From Spirochaetales bacterium (lineage in GTDB: Bacteria > Spirochaetota > Spirochaetia > Sphaerochaetales > Sphaerochaetaceae): a DNA stretch of 64,000 nt. The DNA lies in assembly GCA_017478205.1 (NCBI GenBank), contig JAFVDZ010000045.1:1080-65079 (forward strand), given 5' to 3'. Below, one piece after another: positions 51,371 through 60,801 of this stretch. The notes below the pieces were generated by a model. The model was not told where the DNA came from. It saw only the letters and a list, made by a program, of their open reading frames with translations, and made no database searches. Positions within the stretch are counted from its first letter, which is position 1. Every line of letters begins with the position of its first letter. The translations under genes were made by a program, and so were the position numbers.

Positions 51371-51438
51371 TTGACAGGTAAAAAAATAGGAGCATATAAT
51401 TGTATACAAGCATATCATAACTGATTAACGGTTAATCA
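51371..51438 (+). promoter_or_regulatory. Promoter TTGACA-18-TATAAT with two palindromic operators
   Basis: TTGTATACAA (51400-51409, FadR/GntR-type box) and TGATTAAC-G-GTTAATCA (51422-51438). Confidence 0.7.
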
Positions 51439-51466
51439 TTTTGAGTGACTAATACGGGGTTAGGAA

Positions 51467-52180
51467 ATGAAAAATATGAGTGATAGGGAATCTTATGTGA
51501 TTCTTGACAGAATTTATAATGCTCACAAACCGGTTGGAGCAACCTACCTTGCTACCGAACTGGGAATTCCCCAGGCAACTATTGGTAGACGTCTGAAATT
51601 TTTAGAGAACAAAGGATTAATCAAGGGAGATGGAAGAAAAGGCAGAATCCTGACTGAAATCGGTCTTGAATGCTATGAAAAACAAAGCCAACTGTTAGCA
51701 ACGGAGACGGATGTCTCAAAGTTGGCTCTGCTCATAAACAATGCACCTAGAAAAACACTTCAGGAAATAGTTGAAATAAGAAGGAAACTCGAAGGTCTTG
51801 CTGTAACTCTTGCATGTAGGAATGCGAAGGAATCAGAACTGAAGCAGCTTGAGGAACTGTCAGGAGTATATGCAGATTCAGTGACAAGAGGGCTCCCTTC
51901 ATCTGCAAAAATTGATCTTGGTTTCCATCTATTGATTGCAAAGATATCAGGTAATAGCACCCTTTACAGTCTTCTTAGGATTCTGCTGACAATGGATGAT
52001 GCAAGTGTAATCTTCCATGCTATAGCTAAGCAGATAGAAAGCAACTTAATAAGTATAGTGCAGCACCATGATCTAATGAAGGCAATTTGCAAGAGAGATG
52101 AGGTAGAAGCTGTTGAAAAGCTTAATGTTCATCTAGATAAAGTCAGTAAAGATATCAATTTGAGATACGATCAAAGTTGA
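51467..52180 (+). CDS. GntR/FadR-family regulator (wHTH + FCD)
   Basis: N-terminal HTH; EIRRKLEGLA, DLGFHLLIAKISGN and QHHDL FCD motifs. Confidence 0.88.
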   Translation: MKNMSDRESYVILDRIYNAHKPVGATYLATELGIPQATIGRRLKFLENKGLIKGDGRKGRILTEIGLECYEKQSQLLATETDVSKLALLINNAPRKTLQEIVEIRRKLEGLAVTLACRNAKESELKQLEELSGVYADSVTRGLPSSAKIDLGFHLLIAKISGNSTLYSLLRILLTMDDASVIFHAIAKQIESNLISIVQHHDLMKAICKRDEVEAVEKLNVHLDKVSKDINLRYDQS

Positions 52181-52257
52181 TATTGGATATTTGTATAACG
52201 GCAAGCCGTTTCGCCAGAGAAACTCGTACGGAACAGTACGGAAAAAGGAGAAGAAGA

Positions 52258-53421
52258 ATGAAAAAGCTTTTAGTTCCTTTCATCGTAGCGGTACTTGTAG
52301 TATCAAGTGCTTTCGCCGGCGGTTCTGCGGAAAAGGCAAAATCAAACATTGTCAAGATTGGTCTAGTGACAGCTGTTACCGGCCCGAACAGCCTTGTTGG
52401 AGAGGAAGCGACGGAAGGCGCAAAACTTGCAATTGAGCAGATCAATGCAAAGGGCGGTGTAAATGGCCAAATGCTTGAACTGATTGTTGCAGACGAAGTA
52501 AACAATGCCGAGGCTTCAGTTCTTGCAACACAGGAACTTCTTGCCAACCCGGAGATTGTAGGTATTGTAGGAAGCATGTACTCTGCTTACTGTATTGCAG
52601 CAATGCCGTCAGTTGCAGAGGCAGGAGTACCATTTATCTGTCTTGGTTCATCATCAGGTGTCTCAAAAGAGAAAAACCGTTGGACATGGCAGGACAGACC
52701 TCTTGATACTGCTCAGGGTAAAGTTGTTGCAAATTTTGTAGTAGATACACTCAAATGCAAGAACCCTGCCATAATGCACTCAACACAAAGCACATTCCAG
52801 AGCCTGTATGAGCAGGTTTTCGCAGCCCTTAAGGAAAAGGGGCTGAACATTACCGAAGCCCGTAATGAATTTGGTTTCCCAGAGGATACTTCAAACTATG
52901 CACCTTACATTGCACAGGTTATGGCTGGTGATTATGACTGTCTCATTGCTTTAGGCAATCAGAATCCTGCCGGTGTTATCTGTCAGCAGGTTGCGCAGGC
53001 TGGTCTAACTAGTGCAAGAATGCCCTTGGTAGGTTCTACATCATGGTGTTCAAATGTCTGTATTACAGCAGCAGGCGACGCAGCTAATGGCTGGTATTCA
53101 ATTTCTGACTGGTGTCCAGGAGGATCAAACGAAACCGCAGCTCAGTTCGAAAAGGACTATTGTGCATACAGCGGAAGAGCAATGTCTGACCTTGCTGCAG
53201 CCTGCGCATATGATGCTGTCTACATTCTTGCTGAGGCAATGAAGATTGCCGGCACCAATACAGACAAGGCAAAAATCAACGAAGCAATGAAACATGTTGA
53301 GTTCGAGGGGGCAATTTCTTACTTCAAGTACAATGAAGACCACAGCTTTGCTTCGACACTCACAGTTACACAGAATATCAACGGAAAAGTTGTGCCTCAG
53401 TTCGCAATACAGTACCGCTGA
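52258..53421 (+). CDS. HAAT (LivJ/K-like) ABC substrate-binding protein
   Basis: Signal peptide AFAGGSAE, KIGLVTAVTGP, INAKGGVNG, YDAVYILAEA. Confidence 0.9.
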   Translation: MKKLLVPFIVAVLVVSSAFAGGSAEKAKSNIVKIGLVTAVTGPNSLVGEEATEGAKLAIEQINAKGGVNGQMLELIVADEVNNAEASVLATQELLANPEIVGIVGSMYSAYCIAAMPSVAEAGVPFICLGSSSGVSKEKNRWTWQDRPLDTAQGKVVANFVVDTLKCKNPAIMHSTQSTFQSLYEQVFAALKEKGLNITEARNEFGFPEDTSNYAPYIAQVMAGDYDCLIALGNQNPAGVICQQVAQAGLTSARMPLVGSTSWCSNVCITAAGDAANGWYSISDWCPGGSNETAAQFEKDYCAYSGRAMSDLAAACAYDAVYILAEAMKIAGTNTDKAKINEAMKHVEFEGAISYFKYNEDHSFASTLTVTQNINGKVVPQFAIQYR

Positions 53422-53549
53422 TTTTACTCCTTGTGCTTTTCCGGAGTGGGGAAGCCCGTCTCCCTGTTCCGGAATATGTTATTTGCCGTTCCGCTTTCCA
53501 TGACCTAGAGAAAATGGATTATTAGGACAGATGTGCAATAGGGAGGACT

Positions 53550-54443
53550 ATGACACTTTCGCTGTTTGTTTCGCTTTTTGTTGACGGACTATCCATGGGA
53601 ATGATTTATGCACTTCTGGGCATGGGACTTATTCTTCTAGTCCGCGCTGTGGGAATACTCAATTTTGCACAGGGTGATTTGTTGATGATCGGAGCCTATA
53701 TTTGTGGATGTTTGTTTCTTGATCTCAAGTTGCCTTTGTGGATTATGTTTCCCATTGCGATTGTGTGGTTTGCACTAATTGGCATTATCTTTATGTTCAC
53801 TGTTTACTGGCCCTTGAGGAAGGCCTCGTACTCACAGGCTACAATAATTGCTACCATGGGTGCGTCTATAGTTCTTCAAGAAGCTGTAAAGCTGATATGG
53901 GGAAGCTCTCCTAGAGCCATGCCAGCAATTGTGCAGAATGCGAATGGATCTCCAAAAATTCTGAATGTCGGACAAGTAACACTTCCTATCCAGTATCTAA
54001 TAATTCTTGGTGTGGGAATGGTCATCATCTATCTTGTCCTGAAACTCTTTGAGAAGCTGTATGTGGGCAAGCTTATGCAGGCCGCATGCCAGGATGCCTA
54101 CGCTGCCAACCTCCTTGGAATTCCGTCAATCCTCACAATTTGTGCTACCTATGCAATAGTGATGATAGTCTGCGGAACTTGTGGCTATCTAGTTGCACCA
54201 CAGTTCATGATACGCTCTACCCTCGGAACGCTTCAGCTGAGGGCCTTTGCTGGTGTTGTTATAGGTGGTTTCGGAAGCATAACCGGTGCCGTAATCGGCT
54301 GTCTCATAGTGGGAGTGGTAGAGTCTTTCTCAACCCTTTTCCTTTCAGGATACAAGGATGTAACGGTCTTTCTGCTTCTCATAATTTTCCTTGTTCTCAA
54401 ACCCACCGGTCTGTTCAAGGGCAAGATAGGCGACAAGGCCTGA
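53550..54443 (+). CDS. HAAT ABC permease (LivH-like)
   Basis: GLSMGMIYAL, NFAQGD and GGFGSITGA. Confidence 0.9.
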   Translation: MTLSLFVSLFVDGLSMGMIYALLGMGLILLVRAVGILNFAQGDLLMIGAYICGCLFLDLKLPLWIMFPIAIVWFALIGIIFMFTVYWPLRKASYSQATIIATMGASIVLQEAVKLIWGSSPRAMPAIVQNANGSPKILNVGQVTLPIQYLIILGVGMVIIYLVLKLFEKLYVGKLMQAACQDAYAANLLGIPSILTICATYAIVMIVCGTCGYLVAPQFMIRSTLGTLQLRAFAGVVIGGFGSITGAVIGCLIVGVVESFSTLFLSGYKDVTVFLLLIIFLVLKPTGLFKGKIGDKA

Positions 54444-54454
54444 GCGAGGTTGAT

Positions 54455-55480
54455 ATGGCAGAGAAAAAACTTGAGCTTAAAAACAAAAGATTTACGGGAC
54501 CTTTTACACTGATTATTTCTGTTGTCGTTTTTTATCTAGTTGTCAAGATTATGTGTAGAAGCCTGTACTCGCAGATGGTCGTGAATATGGCTTTAGTGTT
54601 CTGCCTGGTTGCATACAGCGTCTCCGTCATGCTGGGAATGTGTGGAGAACTGTCTTTTGCTGGGGTAGCTTTCATGGGAATAGGTGCTTTTACCATAGCA
54701 AACCTTACAACCGGACGTTTCGGCTTTAAAATATCGCCATTGGGAGCCTTTCTTGTGGTGATTCCTGTGGCAACCTTCATTGCTTTCATCATAGGACTGA
54801 TTCTTCTAAGGTTGAAGGGTACTTTCTTCTCATTCAGTACAATAGCCTTGGTACAGGTTGCTTACACTTTCTTTAATAACTACAGACCTCTATTTGGTGG
54901 CGTTGACGGAATAAGTGGAATACCGTCAGTAAGGATATTAGGAAAACAACTAACTAACCACTACCTATGGTTTCCTTATCTACTGGTGTTCGTAGTATTT
55001 GTGGGCCTTGTGGTCGAACATATTAGAAACACACAACTTGGTCGTTCAATGGCATCCTGCCGTGATAATGAGACTGCTGCTCGCGTTCTAGGCGTAAACG
55101 TGTATATGACAAAGGTTATAGCCTTTACAATCTCCGGAGTTCTTTCGGCTATGGGCGGAGCCCTATACTCAATGCTGATAAGATATGCTTCCGCTGATAT
55201 GTTCACATATGATACATCGGCAAAGTACTTAATCATGGCCATGTTCGGAGGAGTTCAAAGCACGATTGGAGCCTTTATCGGAGCTCTGATAGTCCAAATT
55301 CTTCCCCAGGTTCTTAAGGTCTTTCAGAGGTATTTCCAACTTATCTGGGGTGTATCCATCATACTTCTTATGGTGTTCATGCCTGAAGGCTTGACAGGAA
55401 TCTTCAGGATGGCACTAAAGAGGAGGAAGTCAAGGAAAAAAGGCCGTATTTCGGTTATTCAAGAAAAGGGAGAGGAGTAA
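54455..55480 (+). CDS. HAAT ABC permease (LivM-like)
   Basis: GMCGELSFA, FGGVDGISGIP, RDNETAARVLGVN and FMPEGL. Confidence 0.9.
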   Translation: MAEKKLELKNKRFTGPFTLIISVVVFYLVVKIMCRSLYSQMVVNMALVFCLVAYSVSVMLGMCGELSFAGVAFMGIGAFTIANLTTGRFGFKISPLGAFLVVIPVATFIAFIIGLILLRLKGTFFSFSTIALVQVAYTFFNNYRPLFGGVDGISGIPSVRILGKQLTNHYLWFPYLLVFVVFVGLVVEHIRNTQLGRSMASCRDNETAARVLGVNVYMTKVIAFTISGVLSAMGGALYSMLIRYASADMFTYDTSAKYLIMAMFGGVQSTIGAFIGALIVQILPQVLKVFQRYFQLIWGVSIILLMVFMPEGLTGIFRMALKRRKSRKKGRISVIQEKGEE

Positions 55481-55484
55481 AGCA

Positions 55485-56258
55485 ATGGCTGAAAATGAAA
55501 CCCGCAAACCGATTCTCAAACTTGAAAATATAAACAAAAGGTTCGGAGGTGTAGTAACAGCAAAAGATATAAAGTTTGATCTTTTTCCTGGAGAGATTAA
55601 GGGGCTTATAGGCCCCAACGGCGCAGGAAAAACCACGCTTATGAACATAATAAGTGGAATCTATACTGCTGATAGCGGAACCATAATCTTTGACGGAATG
55701 GATATTACCAACGTTCCTGATTACCGAAGGGCAAGAATGGGAATAGGAAGAACTTTCCAGTCCCCCAGATTCCTGCAGCGTTCAAGTATCCGAGACAATC
55801 TTCTTATAGGGGCAGACCTGGGTAACCGCATAGGTTTTCTTGAGGGTTTCTTCGGGAAGAAGAGCACCAACTTCGAGCAGGAGCTGAAGGATATGATGGA
55901 TTTACTTCATTTCGGTTTTAACTGGGATGATGAAATCAGCTCCCTGCCTTTCGGACAGAGAAAACTTTTGGAAATTGTTCGATCTCTTCTTTCCCATCCC
56001 AAGGTAATTCTAGTTGATGAGCCTGCAGCCGGTCTCAATCCCAAAGAGATAAATTACCTTATGGACATTCTAAGAATGGCTGCAAGGAAGATGAATATAG
56101 GAGTTCTGCTGATTGAGCACTCAATGGACATGATTATGGATATATGTGACTCAATCTACGTCATTAGTTTCGGTGTACCTATAGGAGAAGGAACACCAGA
56201 ACAGATTGCTAATAATCATGCTGTCATAGAGGCATACCTCGGAAAGGAGGATGAATGA
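55485..56258 (+). CDS. HAAT ABC ATP-binding protein (LivG-like)
   Basis: GPNGAGKT, RTFQ, LPFGQRK and DEPAAGL. Confidence 0.92.
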   Translation: MAENETRKPILKLENINKRFGGVVTAKDIKFDLFPGEIKGLIGPNGAGKTTLMNIISGIYTADSGTIIFDGMDITNVPDYRRARMGIGRTFQSPRFLQRSSIRDNLLIGADLGNRIGFLEGFFGKKSTNFEQELKDMMDLLHFGFNWDDEISSLPFGQRKLLEIVRSLLSHPKVILVDEPAAGLNPKEINYLMDILRMAARKMNIGVLLIEHSMDMIMDICDSIYVISFGVPIGEGTPEQIANNHAVIEAYLGKEDE

Positions 56259-56989
56259 TAACCATAAAGAATCTTCACGCTTATTACGGAACAATCGAAG
56301 CTCTTAAAGGGATCAGCCTCAATATAGCTAAGGGAAAGATTACCTGTTTGATCGGGAGTAACGGTGCAGGGAAGTCTTCGCTGTTAAAGTCAATATCTGG
56401 TGCATGCAGCAGAACTGGAGAAATCTTATTCAAAGGTTCTGATATTGTGGCACTGACTCCACAAAAAGTGGCAAACCTGGGTGTTGCGCATGTTCCTGAA
56501 GGTCGACATATTTTCCCCGGTCTCACTGTTAAAGAGAATCTTGAGGTTGGAACCGTTACATGGCGGGGTTTTTTTGGAAACAGCCCGTATAACGAAGAAC
56601 TTGAGGATGTGTACAACCTTTTTCCTAGACTCCGTGAAAGGGCAGACCAGCTTGGATGGAGCCTTTCCGGAGGTGAACAGCAAATGCTTGCTATAGGCCG
56701 TGCTCTTATGGCGAGACCTGAGGTTCTCCTCCTTGATGAACCATCAATGGGGCTTGCTCCTCTGGTTATTGCTGAGCTGTTTGACAAGATTGTGGATATA
56801 AACAGGAAGAAGCATCTTACTATTCTGCTTGTCGAGCAGAATGCAAAGCTTGCAATGAAGACAGCAGATTACACCTATGTGCTTGAACGTGGAAAAATAA
56901 CTATAGAAGGTCCTTCGGAACAGGTGCGTAACGACGCGCGTGTTATTCAGAGTTATCTAGGTAAGTTTGCGAGAGCGGACAGAAACTAA
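56255..56989 (+). CDS. HAAT ABC ATP-binding protein (LivF-like)
   Basis: GSNGAGKS, VPEGRHIF, LSGGEQQML and DEPSMGL. Confidence 0.92.
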   Translation: MITIKNLHAYYGTIEALKGISLNIAKGKITCLIGSNGAGKSSLLKSISGACSRTGEILFKGSDIVALTPQKVANLGVAHVPEGRHIFPGLTVKENLEVGTVTWRGFFGNSPYNEELEDVYNLFPRLRERADQLGWSLSGGEQQMLAIGRALMARPEVLLLDEPSMGLAPLVIAELFDKIVDINRKKHLTILLVEQNAKLAMKTADYTYVLERGKITIEGPSEQVRNDARVIQSYLGKFARADRN

Positions 56990-57004
56990 GGAGGAAGAGA
57001 AACA

Positions 57005-58048
57005 ATGAAAGCAATTGTAAAGTATGCCCCGGAACCCGGAAATATGGAGATAAGGGAAGTTCCTGAACCAAAGCCGGCACCCGGACAGGTCAAAATCAAA
57101 GTTGTTGCAGCAGGAATCTGCGGTTCCGACCTTCATATTTATGATTCGGACATTGCAATTCCAGTACGTCCGCCTGTGACGGTGGGCCATGAATTCTCTG
57201 GTGTTATTGTGGAACTTGGAGAAGGTGTAACTGAATTCAAAGTCGGGGACAGGGTAGTTTCCGAGACTGCATTCAGCTATTGCGGCAAGTGTGAAAACTG
57301 CCGTGAAGGTTGGTACAATCTTTGTCCAGAGAGAAAGACATTGGGGTACTGGTATAATGGAATTTTCACCAATTATACAGTTGTTCCGGCTGGACGTGTC
57401 CACCTTATTCCAGACAATGTCGATGATATATCGGCGGCTCTTACAGAACCTCTTGCCTGTGTATGTCATGCAGTCTTTGATCTTTCTGTTATTCTACCCA
57501 CAGACCTTGTTCTAGTTTCAGGTCCTGGTCCAATAGGCCTTATGACGATGCAGGTTATAAGATCGTTCGGAGCCCGTGTCATCGTATCTGGAACAGATGT
57601 TGATGAAGAAAGACTTGCTTTGGCAAGGAGACTAGGTGCCGAATACACAATCAATGTCCAGAAAGAGAGTCTTGCAGACAGGATAAACGAACTGACTGCC
57701 GGAAAGGGTGTAGACGTGGTAATGGAATGCTCCGGAAGTGCACACGGAATGAATTCTGGACTCAAAGTGCTGAAAAAGAGGGGCTATTTCACACAGCTGG
57801 GAATGGGAAAACCAGTTATCGAGTTCTATGTTGAAGCTCTCAATTATAAGGAACCCCACATCTCAGGATCACTCGGATCAAGAAAGGCCAATTGGGAACA
57901 GGCTCTGCACCTTCTTTCAAGAGGTAAAGTCCTTGTTGATGAGATTGCGAATGTAAGACTTCCTATGGATGAGTGGAAGACAGCATTTGACAGATTCCGC
58001 AGAAAAGATGGAGGAAAGTTTATTCTTTTCCCGTTCAAGCAAGACTGA
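57005..58048 (+). CDS. Zn-dependent (MDR) polyol/sugar-acid dehydrogenase
   Basis: GICGSDLH, GHEFSG, CGKCENC...C, EPLAC and GPGPIG. Confidence 0.9.
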   Translation: MKAIVKYAPEPGNMEIREVPEPKPAPGQVKIKVVAAGICGSDLHIYDSDIAIPVRPPVTVGHEFSGVIVELGEGVTEFKVGDRVVSETAFSYCGKCENCREGWYNLCPERKTLGYWYNGIFTNYTVVPAGRVHLIPDNVDDISAALTEPLACVCHAVFDLSVILPTDLVLVSGPGPIGLMTMQVIRSFGARVIVSGTDVDEERLALARRLGAEYTINVQKESLADRINELTAGKGVDVVMECSGSAHGMNSGLKVLKKRGYFTQLGMGKPVIEFYVEALNYKEPHISGSLGSRKANWEQALHLLSRGKVLVDEIANVRLPMDEWKTAFDRFRRKDGGKFILFPFKQD

Positions 58049-58066
58049 GAGCTAAATAAGGAGTAT

Positions 58067-58966
58067 ATGATGAGAGAATCAATTCACAAATTTTTTAAGG
58101 TTGGAATAATCCAGTGGATGAGTTTTCCAAAAAGTGATCCTTTGGACTCCCTTTTGGAAATATGCCGTGATGATTACTTTGATGCCATCGAAATCAAAGG
58201 CTACGGCAGTGATGAACTGAATGCAAAGGCAAAAGTTATTCTGGATCAGAGCCATATGAAGGTCTGCTTCGGTTCCCAGCCTTGGCTTCTTGGCCCCAAA
58301 CTCAATCCTAATGATATTGATGAAGAGAGCAGACAGATTGCCGAGGATACACTCAAAAAAGCTGTTGATACGGCAGAATACTTCGGTGCCTCCGGTATAG
58401 CCTTTCTTGCAGGAAAATGGTGTCCTGATACAAAGGAGAAAGCATATGAACAGCTTCTCAAGACAACAAGAGCCGTCTGTGATTATGCAAAGACAAAGAA
58501 CATGAATGTTGAACTTGAAGTCTTTGACTTTGACATGGACAAGGCAGCGCTTATTGGACCTGCTCCATATGCTGCGGAGTTTGCCGCAGATATGAGAAAA
58601 ACCCACAACAACTTCGGCTTGATTGTAGATTTAAGCCATTTCCCTACAACTTATGAGACAAGTAAATTTGTTATCCGCACTCTCAGGCCATACATTACCC
58701 ATTTCCACTTTGGAAATGCTGTTGTCAAGAAGGGATGTGATGGATACGGAGATCTCCATCCCCGTTTTGGTTATCCGGAAAGTGCAAACGATATTCCTGA
58801 ACTTCTTGACTATCTCCGAGTACTCAGAGATGAAGGCTTTTTCAATGCAGATGATCCATATGTGCTTTCAATGGAAGTAACACTCAGACCAGGAGAGGAT
58901 GAGAAGATTGTGCTCGCAAATACCAAACGCTGTCTGAATAGAGCTTGGGCACTATTGGAAGACTGA
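58067..58966 (+). CDS. TIM-barrel sugar isomerase/epimerase (xylose-isomerase-like)
   Basis: LEVFD, VDLSH, HFHFGN, DLHPRFG and SMEV metal ligands. Confidence 0.8.
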   Translation: MMRESIHKFFKVGIIQWMSFPKSDPLDSLLEICRDDYFDAIEIKGYGSDELNAKAKVILDQSHMKVCFGSQPWLLGPKLNPNDIDEESRQIAEDTLKKAVDTAEYFGASGIAFLAGKWCPDTKEKAYEQLLKTTRAVCDYAKTKNMNVELEVFDFDMDKAALIGPAPYAAEFAADMRKTHNNFGLIVDLSHFPTTYETSKFVIRTLRPYITHFHFGNAVVKKGCDGYGDLHPRFGYPESANDIPELLDYLRVLRDEGFFNADDPYVLSMEVTLRPGEDEKIVLANTKRCLNRAWALLED

Positions 58967-59035
58967 GTTAAAGCTACCATAGGATCTTTCGTTGAAGATG
59001 AAACCGTGAAAATGGTCAAAAAAAGGATTAATGTA

Positions 59036-59866
59036 ATGATTAAAGAAAAAGAAATAAAAAAGCTTGAGGAGAAATGCCTCAAATTCCGCAGAGATGTCAT
59101 AGATGTGCTTCATGAGAAGAAGACAGGCCATCCGGGCGGATCATTATCGGTTTGTGAAATTCTCACAACACTTCTGTTTCATCAGATGAAGAATCTGAAT
59201 CCTGCAAATCCACTGCATCCTGACAGGGACCGCCTTATTCTGAGTAAGGGGCATGCTGCACCTATGTTGTACAGAGGACTTGCAGAACTAGGTTACTTTC
59301 CAGTTGAAGAGATGCATACCTTACGAGACTTTGGGTCAAGGCTGCAGGGTCATCCTTGTATGCTCGATACCCCAGGCGTGGATATGACCAGTGGACCGCT
59401 GGGGATTGGACTTTCCGCTTCTATAGGGATTGCCCTTGCATTCAGGCTTGACGGCAGAAAAGGACATGTCTACACGGTTCTTGGAGACGGAGAGTTGAAC
59501 GAAGGTACAATCTGGGAGGCGGCAATGTCAGCCGCAAAGTTCAAAATAGACAACATTACTGCCATTGTTGATTGGAATAGGGTTCAGCTAGACGGAACAA
59601 CGGATGACATAATGCCCATGGGTAACATTGCCGACAAATTCAAAGCATTTGGATGGAATGTTCTCGAATGTGATGGGCATTGCGTGAAGAATCTGTGCGA
59701 CTGCTACGATAAGGCACTTGCAATCAAGGGAGTTCCAACTGTAATTCTTGCCCACACTATTAAAGGCAAGGGCGTTTCTGTAATGGAAGGAAAAAGCGCA
59801 TGGCATGGAAAGCCAATTGATGAAGATACCTTTGCTTTGGCAATGGAAGAACTAGGAGGCAGATGA
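59036..59866 (+). CDS. Transketolase, N-terminal (TPP-binding) subunit
   Basis: GHPGGSLS, LSKGHA, LQGHP, SGPLGIG and GDGELNEG. Confidence 0.93.
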   Translation: MIKEKEIKKLEEKCLKFRRDVIDVLHEKKTGHPGGSLSVCEILTTLLFHQMKNLNPANPLHPDRDRLILSKGHAAPMLYRGLAELGYFPVEEMHTLRDFGSRLQGHPCMLDTPGVDMTSGPLGIGLSASIGIALAFRLDGRKGHVYTVLGDGELNEGTIWEAAMSAAKFKIDNITAIVDWNRVQLDGTTDDIMPMGNIADKFKAFGWNVLECDGHCVKNLCDCYDKALAIKGVPTVILAHTIKGKGVSVMEGKSAWHGKPIDEDTFALAMEELGGR

Positions 59867-60801
59867 TGGCTAAGAGTATACGTGATGCTTACGGTGAAGC
59901 TTTAGTTGAGTTCGGAAAGAATGATACTAGGGTTGTGGTTCTTGATGCTGATGTCAGTTCTTCGACAAAGAGCGGACTCTTTTATAAAACATGTCCTGAA
60001 AGATTTTTCAACTGCGGAATTGCCGAGTCCAATATGGCGGGCATTGCGGCAGGTTTTGCAGCAACAGGTAAAATCCCATTTGTGAATACCTTTGCTGTCT
60101 TTATTACAAGTAACGGACTTAATGCCATAAGGACTTTCGGTTCTTATTCCGAGCTTCCTGTGAAGATTGCAGGGGCATATGGCGGAATTTCTGATTCATT
60201 TGATGGCTCTACCCATCATTCTTTAGAGGATATTGCCATTATGAGAGCCCTGCCCAACTTCAAAGTATTCTGCCCTTGTGATGAGACCCAAACAAGATGG
60301 CTTGTGAAACATGCTATTGACAATCCTGATCCAATGTACCTGAGGTTGGCGAGAAACGAATTCCCAGACGTATATAAGAGAGGTCAGTCATTTGAGGAAG
60401 GCCGGGCCATGATTGTGCGTGAAGGAAAAGACGCCACCGTGATAGCCTGCGGACTTATGGTATCCAACGCTCTGAAAGCTGCAGAAATTCTTGAAAGGAA
60501 AAATATAAGCATCCGTGTTGTTGATATTTTTTCCATAAAGCCAATAGATGAGAATATGATTGAAAAGTGCGCAAGGGAGACCGGTGCTGTGATCACAGCA
60601 GAGGAACACAATATCTATGGGGGACTTGGAAGCGCAGTTGCAGAGGTTCTTGCAAAAAAAGGAATAGGCACCAAGTTTACTATGGTGGGTGTTAATGACC
60701 GGCATGTAGGTAGCGGACCTTACGACACTCTGCAGGCTTATGCTGGAATTGATGCCTATGGTGTTGTCAATGCAGTTTGTAAGTTGGTGGAGTGCAATTA
60801 A
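59863..60801 (+). CDS. Transketolase, C-terminal subunit
   Basis: GIAESNM, DGSTHHSLEDIA and EEHNIYGGLG. Confidence 0.93.
   Translation: MMAKSIRDAYGEALVEFGKNDTRVVVLDADVSSSTKSGLFYKTCPERFFNCGIAESNMAGIAAGFAATGKIPFVNTFAVFITSNGLNAIRTFGSYSELPVKIAGAYGGISDSFDGSTHHSLEDIAIMRALPNFKVFCPCDETQTRWLVKHAIDNPDPMYLRLARNEFPDVYKRGQSFEEGRAMIVREGKDATVIACGLMVSNALKAAEILERKNISIRVVDIFSIKPIDENMIEKCARETGAVITAEEHNIYGGLGSAVAEVLAKKGIGTKFTMVGVNDRHVGSGPYDTLQAYAGIDAYGVVNAVCKLVECN

Noticed and set aside
53439-53474. GC-rich stem-loop after the substrate-binding protein gene as a novel ncRNA
   Set aside because: This position is typical of mRNA-stabilising or attenuating hairpins in ABC operons.
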